From an uncultured Alphaproteobacteria bacterium (GTDB taxonomy: Bacteria > Pseudomonadota > Alphaproteobacteria > UBA3830 > CAYLKK01): a stretch of DNA of 64,000 nucleotides. Positions 1-8,060 of the stretch are shown one piece after another. The stretch is from positions 86,159 through 150,158 of the forward strand of contig CAZMHS010000001.1 of the NCBI GenBank assembly GCA_964566185.1. The letters run 5' to 3'. The notes under the pieces were generated by a model, which saw nothing but the letters and a program-made list of their open reading frames with translations, was not told the DNA's origin and searched no databases. Made by a program: the position numbers and the translations under genes. The stretch's first letter is position 1; every line of letters starts with the position of its first letter.

Positions 1-588
1 GCAATACGTGATATTGTCGGATCTTCAATAAATCGGTCTTATTTAACAGCTGCTGTTAATGCTAAGAATTCTCATGGTGATACACCTATGCATATTGCTG
101 TTTCGATGAATAACGTTAACGCTGTTGTCGGGTTACTTTCGTATAATAAAGTTAATTTAGCTATTTTTAACAAATCTGATGTGACACCGTTAATGTTAGG
201 AATAAGAAACTATAAGCAGTATAAGTTTGGTCGGCAAGATGCATATGAAATAATACATATGATGATTTCTTATAAGCAAGATAGGTCGTTTCCTGACCAT
301 TTATTAGTCGCTGATCATTTAGGAAATACCGCATACCACCTCGCATCAATGCAGGTTTCTTTGAAGATTATCGCTGACTTGATCGCTGCTGGCGTTGATG
401 TTCGTCAATTGAATAACAAAAATCAAACTGGTGGGGATAAGCTTGTTATTCGTAACGAAAAAATCAAAAACGATGAAAAGAAGCTTTCCATTATGCGAGC
501 TATCGATATGGCTCAACGTGGACGTCATAACGATGCTATAAATATCTTACATGATAGCATTATAAAATACAACCAAGGCTACTATTAA
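1..588 (+). CDS. ankyrin-repeat protein (5' end cut by window edge)
   Basis: Frame 1 is open from nt 1 (AIRDIVGSS...NAKNSHGDTPMHIAV), so the ORF-track Met at 88 is internal. Repeated ANK-like units are present (GDTPMHIAV..NNVNAVVGLL; SDVTPLMLGI; LGNTAYHLAS..KIIADLIAAGVDV). Confidence 0.75.
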   Translation, partial: AIRDIVGSSINRSYLTAAVNAKNSHGDTPMHIAVSMNNVNAVVGLLSYNKVNLAIFNKSDVTPLMLGIRNYKQYKFGRQDAYEIIHMMISYKQDRSFPDHLLVADHLGNTAYHLASMQVSLKIIADLIAAGVDVRQLNNKNQTGGDKLVIRNEKIKNDEKKLSIMRAIDMAQRGRHNDAINILHDSIIKYNQGYY

Positions 589-641
589 ACTCTAACAAAT
601 CGCAGATTTTATAACATGCTCGAAGATTTTTCTTCAATTAA

Positions 642-670
642 ATACACCGTATAATGGCTATACGGTGTAT
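642..670. terminator. perfect 12-bp stem hairpin between convergent ankyrin gene and clpP (putative bidirectional terminator)
   Basis: ATACACCGTATA (642-653), loop ATGGC, TATACGGTGTAT (659-670), an exact inverted repeat. It lies 5 nt after the clpP stop and 54 nt after the ankyrin stop. Flanks are A/T-rich but there is no clean U-tract. Confidence 0.5.
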
Positions 671-674
671 GTCG

Positions 675-1304
675 CTAGACAATTAGTTCACGTTTTTCGA
701 TGATTTTATCAATTAAGCCAAACTGAAGAGCTTGTTGCGGATCCATGAAATTATCACGTTCCATCGCTGCTTCTATGGTTTCTAGCTTTTGTCCTGTATG
801 CTTTACATACATATTATTCAATCTAGATTTCAACGATAGTATCTCCTTCGCGTGAATTTCAATATCTGTTGCTTGTCCTCTGAAACCTCCCGATGGTTGA
901 TGTATCATAATTCTAGAGTTCGGCAGCGAATATCTTCTGCCTGGTTCTCCTGCCGTTAGTAATAACGATCCCATAGAGGCTGCTTGGCCTAAACACAAAG
1001 TAACGACTTGAGGTGATATATACTGCATCGTATCATATATTGCTAGTCCAGATGTTACTACTCCGCCTGGCGAATTAATATAAAAATAAATATCCTTCTT
1101 TGGGTCTTCTGATTCAAGAAAAAGAAGTTGGGCGCATACCAAACTTGATGTGTAATCATTTACTTGGTCGCATAAAAAAATTATACGCTCTTTTAGTAGC
1201 CTCGAATATATATCGAACATTCGTTCTCCGCGAGAGCTTTGCTCTACTACCATTGGAACATATGTCATAACATCTTCGATTCTATCCATATATCTTCCTC
1301 TCAA
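675..1304 (-). CDS. clpP: ATP-dependent Clp protease proteolytic subunit
   Basis: Translation is ClpP-like throughout ([26 protein letters not shown]; catalytic Ser context [11 protein letters not shown]; IMIHQPSGG). The start may be an internal Met (1289 or 1268). Confidence 0.95.
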   Translation of the reverse strand: MRGRYMDRIEDVMTYVPMVVEQSSRGERMFDIYSRLLKERIIFLCDQVNDYTSSLVCAQLLFLESEDPKKDIYFYINSPGGVVTSGLAIYDTMQYISPQVVTLCLGQAASMGSLLLTAGEPGRRYSLPNSRIMIHQPSGGFRGQATDIEIHAKEILSLKSRLNNMYVKHTGQKLETIEAAMERDNFMDPQQALQFGLIDKIIEKRELIV

Positions 1305-1307
1305 TGC

Positions 1308-2672
1308 TTACTGATCTTTACTATTTTCTTGAGACGATGGTATGTCCTCTGTTAAATCGTCATCAAAGTCATTAAACTCTGTGACATTTAACTCTTCCAA
1401 TTCCTCCTTTGTTATTTCCTTGACGGTTACATTTTTCATTTTTTCTGTCATGAAATGCACGACCTTTTCTTCCAAGAGTGGGCCTAGAACAGCCGACAAT
1501 AGCACCTTGTCATTGTAATAACGTTTTACTACTTCAAGTTCATTACCTGGGTACAACCTTGCTATCGAGAATACCTCTTTACGTACTTCTTCCGGACTTA
1601 CGCTAATATTATTTTCTGAGGCAATTTTAGCTATAACAAGGCCTAAACGAACCCTACGTACAGCAAGATCGTAGCAATTCTCTTCAGCTTTTTCTCTGCA
1701 AGCTGGGATTATCCTCTTTCCTTGCTTTGCTAGCTCAATTTCTATATTTCGAATTATTTCTTTTCTTTCAAGTTCTATCATGCTAGATGGAACCTCAAAA
1801 GAATATAAATCGGACATAGCATCTAAGAATTGCTTCGTTAAAAGGTCGTTTGCATCATGTTTAAACTCGTTCTGCAATACACCAATAGCCCAATTTTTAA
1901 TCTCATCTTTTGAGTTTAAGCCTATAGACTTGGCAAATTCATCATCGAGCTTACATTCTCTTGGTGAATACGTGTTCTTTATAGTAACGTGGTACAAATT
2001 GCTATCTTTATCTGAATCTACACGAAAATCTTTCTCTTCACCCTTTTTCATTCCTATCAAATTGGTCCAGATGCTTTCAATCATCCCTCCTTCATCTGCA
2101 AGAACTACTTCCACATCTTGCAGCCTTGGCGACTTTTTCTTTTTGAGTTTTTCGTTCTTCATCAGTAAGTCTACTACAGCCTTATCGCCTTTTTCTAAGA
2201 CAGTATCTTCTGGCTTTTCATCCCAAAATTTTTTCTTGCTACAAACTTCATTTAGAAAATTGTCAATTTTATCATCATCGATCTTTACTACATATTTTGT
2301 AATGTTTTGCTCTTCAAAATCGACAAGCTGAACTTCTGGTAACACATCTACAGCAACGTTGATAATTACACCTTCTTCTGTCGTTTCTCCTACTTCTGCT
2401 GACGGCTGCATGGCTACTCTAAGGGACTTTTCCTTTACAAGCTGATCGACTGCTTTTTTGGCTTCTTCTATAATAGTATCTCGTTTGGCCGATTCCCCAT
2501 AATTCTTTATAAGTACTGGAAGCGGTATATGTCCTGATCTGAAGCCTGGGATTTTTGCACGCTTACCAATAGACTTCAACCTGTCTAAAATCGCCGCCTC
2601 TATCGCAGCCTGTTCAATTAACAGCTTATATTTATGAGTTAGTCCACTAATTTCACAACTTAATTCACGCAT
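1308..2672 (-). CDS. tig: trigger factor
   Basis: The N-terminal ribosome-binding motif is present (IPGFRSGHIPLPVLIKNYG), length is about 454 aa, and it sits directly upstream of clpP (conserved tig-clpP order). The ORF-track start at 2732 runs into tRNA-Leu, so I chose ATG at 2672 (MRELSCEISG...). Confidence 0.9.
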   Translation of the reverse strand: MRELSCEISGLTHKYKLLIEQAAIEAAILDRLKSIGKRAKIPGFRSGHIPLPVLIKNYGESAKRDTIIEEAKKAVDQLVKEKSLRVAMQPSAEVGETTEEGVIINVAVDVLPEVQLVDFEEQNITKYVVKIDDDKIDNFLNEVCSKKKFWDEKPEDTVLEKGDKAVVDLLMKNEKLKKKKSPRLQDVEVVLADEGGMIESIWTNLIGMKKGEEKDFRVDSDKDSNLYHVTIKNTYSPRECKLDDEFAKSIGLNSKDEIKNWAIGVLQNEFKHDANDLLTKQFLDAMSDLYSFEVPSSMIELERKEIIRNIEIELAKQGKRIIPACREKAEENCYDLAVRRVRLGLVIAKIASENNISVSPEEVRKEVFSIARLYPGNELEVVKRYYNDKVLLSAVLGPLLEEKVVHFMTEKMKNVTVKEITKEELEELNVTEFNDFDDDLTEDIPSSQENSKDQ

Positions 2673-2691
2673 ACATATTTCCTTAAACATT

Positions 2692-2775
2692 TGGTGCGGG
2701 TGAAGGGACTCGAACCCCCACAGCAAAGCCACAAGAACCTAAATCTTGCGTGTCTACCAGTTCCACCACACCCGC
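2692..2775 (-). tRNA. tRNA-Leu (anticodon TAG), long variable arm, CCA encoded
   Basis: Reverse complement is GCGGGTGTGGTGGAACTGGTAGACACGCAAGATTTAGGTTCTTGTGGCTTTGCTGTGGGGGTTCGAGTCCCTTCACCCGCACCA. It folds as a cloverleaf with anticodon loop TTTAGGT and T-loop GGTTCGAGTCC. Confidence 0.9.
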
Positions 2776-2814
2776 TCTTGCCAATATATTACAACGATCT
2801 TTATTAATTAGATA

Positions 2815-3825
2815 TTAATTATAATAAAAATCTACGGTTTTCTTCACAGCTTCTTCTAAGCCAACGGTTGGTACCCAGTTCAAAGCATTTTTTGCCCGAT
2901 CTATAGAAGGTACACGTACCGACACATCCTGATAACTATTTCCAAAGTACTCATCAGAGGACACAGAAACTATCTTAATCGTCTTAGCCTGTTCGGCTAA
3001 TACCGGATGCTTCATGCAGGTATTTAACACTATTTTAGATAATTTTGCAATAGAAACTAAGTTATTTGGGTTCCCAATGTTAAAAATTTCTTTGTCTGCG
3101 CATCCATTGGTGTTTTCAAGAATCTTTAATAGTGCGTTAATTCCATCTGAAATGTATGTAAAACTTCTTGATTGTGTTCCACCATTTACTAGCGTAATGT
3201 TCTTTCCATGTGCGATGTTGCTTATAAATTGAGTTAATACCCTAGATGTTCCAGCGTTAGGATTTGTGATATCATCTAACCTCGGACCTACCCAATTAAA
3301 TGGTCGAAACAGAGTATAATTGAGATCTCCTCTTTCTCCATATGCGTATATTACTCTATCTAACATTTGTTTCGAACAAGAGTAAATCCATCTCTGCTTG
3401 CATATTGGTCCTGTAACACAATTTGATTCAAATTCTTTGAATCCATCAGTATCAGCACACATTCCATAAACTTCAGACGTCGATGGAAATATGACTCGCT
3501 TTTTATATTTTACGCATGATTTGATAACTCTTAAATTAGATTCAAAATCTAATTCGAAAACTTTCAACGGGTTTGTAACATATATTGCTGGATTTGCGAT
3601 TGCAACTAACGGTAAAACGACGTCACTCCTTTGAATTAGTGAATCAATTGTTTTTGCTTCTTTTAGTACATCAGCTTGAATGTACTGTATTTTATCAAGC
3701 ATACCTGACAATTTTGTCGATGATATATCAACTCCAATAACATTCCACTCGGGTTTTTCTTTTATAATAGCCTCGATTAAATTACTACCGATAAAACCTC
3801 CAGCTCCTAATATCAATATATTCAT
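2815..3825 (-). CDS. arnA: UDP-glucuronate oxidative decarboxylase, stand-alone ArnA C-terminal (dehydrogenase) domain
   Basis: Starts directly at the Rossmann motif (MNILILGAGGFIGSNL). Long stretches match the E. coli ArnA C-domain as I recall it (DVVLPLVAIANPAIYVTNPLKVFELDFESNLRVIKSCVKYKKRVIFPSTSEVYGMC; RWIYSCSKQMLDRVIYAYG; FTLFRPFNWVGPRLD). No N-terminal formyltransferase domain is present. Confidence 0.8.
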   Translation of the reverse strand: MNILILGAGGFIGSNLIEAIIKEKPEWNVIGVDISSTKLSGMLDKIQYIQADVLKEAKTIDSLIQRSDVVLPLVAIANPAIYVTNPLKVFELDFESNLRVIKSCVKYKKRVIFPSTSEVYGMCADTDGFKEFESNCVTGPICKQRWIYSCSKQMLDRVIYAYGERGDLNYTLFRPFNWVGPRLDDITNPNAGTSRVLTQFISNIAHGKNITLVNGGTQSRSFTYISDGINALLKILENTNGCADKEIFNIGNPNNLVSIAKLSKIVLNTCMKHPVLAEQAKTIKIVSVSSDEYFGNSYQDVSVRVPSIDRAKNALNWVPTVGLEEAVKKTVDFYYN

Positions 3826-4763
3826 TTTCGTTCCTTTATACTTCTAATAACAAATTTTGGGTGATTACAAACAGCAAAGTAAGCTCTTCCTAAGTACTCT
3901 CCTAGCAAACCTATCCCAACAATAATCAAACTAAGCAGCAAAAAAACAAATGCAAAGTGTAAACCATAGCCGTGATGTTTACCTATAACTTTTTTGAAAA
4001 GTTCTACAAGGAAATATAGAAAACTAACGCTAGAAATCGCCATACCAAAAAGTGTAAACGTTTGTAACGGTACAATCGAGAAACCTGTCATTAAGTCGAA
4101 TGTTATTCTAATTAATTTTAACAAACTATACTTCGAATCTCCTGCAAGTCTTTCTTCGTGCGTTACTCCGATATCGATCGGATTACCTGCGAATTTTTGT
4201 GCTAGTGCTGTGATAAAAGTTGAGGTTTCTCGCGTTTTTACTACCTGATCTATTATCAGGCGTTTGTATGCGCGAAGCATGCACCCGTGATCTTTCATCT
4301 CGATGCCAGTAATCTTCTTTCTGATTTTATTTATTGTTTTTGATGCGTACGTTCTAAATAGACTATCGTGCCGTTTTTTTCTATAACTACCGACCAAATC
4401 GTAGCCTTCATCGATTTTGTCCAATAACATCGGTATTTCTTCAGGTAAATTTTGAAGATCTGCGTCAAGCGTCACAATAACGTCTCCGTTGACGTGTTCA
4501 AAACCAGCTAAGATAGCAACATATTGGCCGTAATTTCCGTTAAACGTGATGATTTTTACTACGTCTCCACGATTTTCGTGTATCTCGTTTAGTAACTTAG
4601 GTGTGTTATCTGTGCTGCCGTCATCAACAAGTATAAGTTCATACGTCTTTCTTTTTTCTGTCGTATAACGATCCATTGTAGCTGTTACACGACGTACTAA
4701 CGTGTCTATATTTTCCTCTTCATTAAATACAGGTATTACTATGGAAATATCTACGTTACTCAT
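3822..4763 (-). CDS. arnC: undecaprenyl-phosphate aminoarabinose transferase-like GT2 (ArnC family)
   Basis: ISIVIPVFNEEENI, LILVDDGSTDNT, VTLDADLQNLPEEIP, GCMLRAY and DSKYSLLKL plus two C-terminal TM helices follow the ArnC/GtrB pattern. It overlaps arnA by 4 nt (ATGA). Confidence 0.8.
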   Translation of the reverse strand: MSNVDISIVIPVFNEEENIDTLVRRVTATMDRYTTEKRKTYELILVDDGSTDNTPKLLNEIHENRGDVVKIITFNGNYGQYVAILAGFEHVNGDVIVTLDADLQNLPEEIPMLLDKIDEGYDLVGSYRKKRHDSLFRTYASKTINKIRKKITGIEMKDHGCMLRAYKRLIIDQVVKTRETSTFITALAQKFAGNPIDIGVTHEERLAGDSKYSLLKLIRITFDLMTGFSIVPLQTFTLFGMAISSVSFLYFLVELFKKVIGKHHGYGLHFAFVFLLLSLIIVGIGLLGEYLGRAYFAVCNHPKFVIRSIKERK

Positions 4764-5919
4764 TTTCCAAAAATTCCTTGATCTTGTTTATGACGAAAAT
4801 TTGCTGCTTGTCAGTTAATGACGGATACAGAGGAATACACAATACAGAGGTTCCAATCTGTTCAGCTACAGGAAAATCACCAATTTTATATCCGTATTTA
4901 TTCTTGTAGTAAGAAAATAGGTGTACAGGGAAGTAATACGGTGTTGAACCTATACTATGTTCACGTAAAAATGCTGCTAGATTGTCTCTTGTTTCTGGAT
5001 CATTAAGCACAATCGGGAACAAATGGCACGAACTTACATGATCGTACTTCGGAGCAGCTTGAAGCCTGAGTCTTTTCAGTCCTGAAAAATGTTCTCTGTA
5101 TCTAGATACGATTGTTCGTCTTTTTTCGTTCATTGCTTCAACCTCTTGTAGCTGGTGCAAGCCTATGACAGATTGCATGTCTGACATGTTAAATTTTAAA
5201 CCTGGAATAGCAACATCGTATCCTTGATTGCCTTGTTTAGAAAATCGATCCCATATTGATCTGTCAATACCGTGGAAGCGAAACAGTTCTACAAATTTTT
5301 TGAATTCATAATCATCGTTTTTGCACGTGATACATCCACCTTCTCCCGTCGTCATGTTTTTGATAGGGTGAAAGCTGAATACTTGTATGTCTCCAAATGC
5401 ACCTATCTTGCGCCCATTATAGTAACTACCCATAGCATGCGCGGCATCTTCTATTACTCGCCACCCGTTCTTTTTCGCTATCGTTAATAATGGTTCAAGA
5501 TCTACTGGAACGCCTGCATAATGTACTGGTATGACAGCTTTTATCTTTGGATTTGATAATTTCTCTATTTTTCCTACGTCAATATTAAAGGTGTTGCTGT
5601 TTACATCTACAAATAATGGCGTTGCCCCAGCTAATTCTATCGCATTTACTGTCGCTGTAAACGTTAATGGCGTTGTAACAACGTAGTCTCCGCTGCCTAT
5701 TCCTAATGCTTTTAGTGCCGTATATAAACCAACAGTGTTTGATGTCATAGTAAGCGCAGATCGGCCATCAAAATAACTAGATAGCATAGACTCAAATAGC
5801 TGAGTTTTTGGCCCAGTCGCGATCCACCCTGATTTAATTACTTCAACTAAATCGTTAATTGTTACATCGCTAATTTCTGGTTTTGAAACAGGAAGAAAAG
5901 TGTTAGCTTTTTGCGACAC
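4756..5919 (-). CDS. arnB: UDP-4-amino-4-deoxy-L-arabinose aminotransferase-like (DegT/DnrJ/EryC1 family)
   Basis: FLPVSKPEIS...SGWIATGPK, AVIPVHYAGVPVD, VIEDAAHAMGSYYNGRKIG and the PLP-Lys context FSFHPIKNMTTGEGG closely parallel E. coli ArnB. It overlaps arnC by 8 nt. Confidence 0.8.
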   Translation of the reverse strand: MSQKANTFLPVSKPEISDVTINDLVEVIKSGWIATGPKTQLFESMLSSYFDGRSALTMTSNTVGLYTALKALGIGSGDYVVTTPLTFTATVNAIELAGATPLFVDVNSNTFNIDVGKIEKLSNPKIKAVIPVHYAGVPVDLEPLLTIAKKNGWRVIEDAAHAMGSYYNGRKIGAFGDIQVFSFHPIKNMTTGEGGCITCKNDDYEFKKFVELFRFHGIDRSIWDRFSKQGNQGYDVAIPGLKFNMSDMQSVIGLHQLQEVEAMNEKRRTIVSRYREHFSGLKRLRLQAAPKYDHVSSCHLFPIVLNDPETRDNLAAFLREHSIGSTPYYFPVHLFSYYKNKYGYKIGDFPVAEQIGTSVLCIPLYPSLTDKQQIFVINKIKEFLENE

Positions 5920-6256
5920 AGCATACTCCTAAGAAAATTACTATTATTCCAACTAAGCGTAGAGCAGAAACATTTTCTCCAAAGAAACACCAACCTGCTA
6001 ACGCTGCTAATATGTATGATATACTACCAAATGGATACAAGTAACTCAACTCACATCTGGATAACAGATATAACCAAATTAATAGTGATACTACAAATAA
6101 TGATATACCTGATAGTATGTTAATATTGGTTGCTATTGAAAGTGATAAATCAAGTATATGTTGTTCGAACGATATCTTATTTACTCCACTTTTCAGCAAT
6201 ACTTGCGCGAACGTGTTTAGGCACACTTGAAAGAAAATTATAAAAAAAATAGTCAT
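5903..6256 (-). CDS. small 4-TM EamA/SMR-like membrane protein, ArnE/ArnF-like flippase subunit
   Basis: 117 aa with four hydrophobic helices. AQVLLKSG near the N-terminus and YPFGSISYILAALAGWCFFGENVS...GIIVIFLGV resemble ArnE/ArnF. It overlaps arnB by 17 nt as the first gene of the operon. Confidence 0.6.
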   Translation of the reverse strand: MTIFFIIFFQVCLNTFAQVLLKSGVNKISFEQHILDLSLSIATNINILSGISLFVVSLLIWLYLLSRCELSYLYPFGSISYILAALAGWCFFGENVSALRLVGIIVIFLGVCCVAKS

Positions 6257-6349
6257 TAATAACGCTACACTATGTACGAAAACATTATAGGTTATTAAAA
6301 ATCAAAAAGCTATATGTCTTGTTTTGCTGTTGATCATATTGTATAAAAA

Positions 6350-6378
6350 TTGACAAATTCTTTTTATTATTGTATAAT
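6350..6378 (+). promoter_or_regulatory. consensus sigma70-type promoter TTGACA-17 nt-TATAAT
   Basis: TTGACA at 6350-6355, exactly 17 nt of spacer, TATAAT at 6373-6378. GGAG (6398-6401) and ATG 6407 follow. The ORF-track TTG start at 6350 is the -35 box itself. Confidence 0.6.
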
Positions 6379-6406
6379 TATTCGTTGTTTTTATGTTGGA
6401 GAAGTT

Positions 6407-7789
6407 ATGACTAATAGGTTAATGGTTTATGCTGTTTTATTTAATGTTGTTTTGCCTTGTGTCGGAATGGAGAATAAAGAGACGATTGAGAATCATAAAG
6501 ATCTTGTAGCAGCTGTGAAGAAAATCGATTATAGAGTGGGTGAAATATTGTCTGATTCCCATTATAATTTGATAGATGTGGCTGAAGAGTTTCGGAAGTA
6601 TGGAAGTAAGATTCAGTTTGGTACTACTGCTGCACGTAGAAAAATGGTGCTTCCGGAAATAAAGAATTATTTAAGCGATTTTAATGTACTTTGTAAGAGT
6701 GTTGGCGTCTTGGTTGAGCATATAAGAGGAATGGATGGTGTTCCTGCTACTAGTAAGAATGAATGTGTGAAATTTATTAATGATGCTATGACTGCCAGTA
6801 AAGAAAAAGTCTATAGTATCGGCCGTGAGCTTGTTGGTAAATTAATGGTCTGGAATGGTGGAATTAATGTCTGGGATGATGAAATTGATAAACTTTTAAA
6901 AGGCGAGGTAATCGGTAGAGATGAACATGAGAGTTTTTTAAATCTCATTTCAAATATTGAAAGGGTCGATCGTCAGGTAAGTGAAGTATTGCTGTCACAG
7001 GATGAGTATAATGCGTATGGTGCTCTCGATGATTTGAAGGTCGTTCAGAAAGGTGTTAGTGGTTGTTGGAAAGATGTGTATTCTCATTGGAAAGAAAAGG
7101 CAGTTCAGCAGGTTAAAAAACTATATTCGTTTGGTGTGGAACGTAAGCACAATGCTTATGGTTTTTTTAATCTGTTGGAATCGTTGAATGGTTTTGAAGA
7201 GTGTCATGGAATGATTGCTGAGCATTTGAATGCTAAGGATCAGTATCAATATGAGGATCAATATAGGGATTTATGTTCGAAGATTTTGTCGGCTGTTGGT
7301 GTTGAAAAGAATGAGCATAGTAGAATTTTTACAACTGCTGACATCAATGTGTATTCTGGAGTTCGTCCGCATAATGAACTCGTGTCAGTCGTGCGGGAAA
7401 TCAATAATACGATAGGTGAAATGTTGAATGATGACCAATATAATGTGTCTGATGTTGCCCTTGCGTTGGATGGGGGAAAACTCTATTTAAACCTTTCTAA
7501 GGATAGCAGTCCTGAGACAAAAAATAATGTGATGCAGCATTTGAAAGAGGTGCTCGAATTATATAAAGAACGTCGTGCAAATGTTGTTGAGTTACTGCAC
7601 AGAATAATGGGGAGTGGGGATCTTACATTTGCGAGTAAGGTGCGGTGTTGGATAAAGATTCGGGCGGCTTTTGAGAGTTCTGAGGATAAGATTCGTCATA
7701 ATAGTTCTAGTATTTTGGAGCGTTTTATAGATGATTCGAATGTGGTTTGGGATTTTATAAATAACTATTTTCCGCCATTGAATTACTAG
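6407..7789 (+). CDS. hypothetical secreted protein with three ~145-aa internal repeats
   Basis: Has an SD + ATG and an N-terminal hydrophobic signal-like segment (MTNRLMVYAVLFNVVLPCVG). No family recognised. A repeated block starts at nt 6494, 6926 and 7370 (HKDLVAAVKKIDYRVGEILSDSHYNLIDVA / HESFLNLISNIERVDRQVSEVLLSQDEYNAYGAL / HNELVSVVREINNTIGEMLNDDQYNVSDVA). Confidence 0.75.
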   Translation: MTNRLMVYAVLFNVVLPCVGMENKETIENHKDLVAAVKKIDYRVGEILSDSHYNLIDVAEEFRKYGSKIQFGTTAARRKMVLPEIKNYLSDFNVLCKSVGVLVEHIRGMDGVPATSKNECVKFINDAMTASKEKVYSIGRELVGKLMVWNGGINVWDDEIDKLLKGEVIGRDEHESFLNLISNIERVDRQVSEVLLSQDEYNAYGALDDLKVVQKGVSGCWKDVYSHWKEKAVQQVKKLYSFGVERKHNAYGFFNLLESLNGFEECHGMIAEHLNAKDQYQYEDQYRDLCSKILSAVGVEKNEHSRIFTTADINVYSGVRPHNELVSVVREINNTIGEMLNDDQYNVSDVALALDGGKLYLNLSKDSSPETKNNVMQHLKEVLELYKERRANVVELLHRIMGSGDLTFASKVRCWIKIRAAFESSEDKIRHNSSSILERFIDDSNVVWDFINNYFPPLNY

Positions 7790-8060
7790 TAGTTTTTGTT
7801 CATCTTTTGCCTTGCGAGCATGTGCTCGTGGGGCTTTTCGCACCCATGTCGCGTGAATTCTTTTTATTATTTTATACGCAAATTTGTTGATTTAAATCTA
7901 ATTGATAGGTTTTCTGTAAACACAGTGTAGTTAGTCGTACATAGTGTAATATTCGTATTAAATACTGTTATGTTACTAAATTAGCTAGATATGTACTTGA
8001 AATTGTCATAAAAATCCTGATATCCTATCGCATACTTATTTTTATGGGGTACTATTACTT

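Noticed and set aside
1780-2331. 183-aa ORF on the + strand inside tig
   Set aside because: It is antisense to a well-supported trigger factor gene. The translation is Ser/Phe-rich and low-complexity, typical of a shadow ORF in AT-rich DNA.
2673-2732. N-terminal extension of the tig ORF
   Set aside because: It overlaps the tRNA-Leu gene. The conserved trigger-factor sequence begins after ATG 2672.
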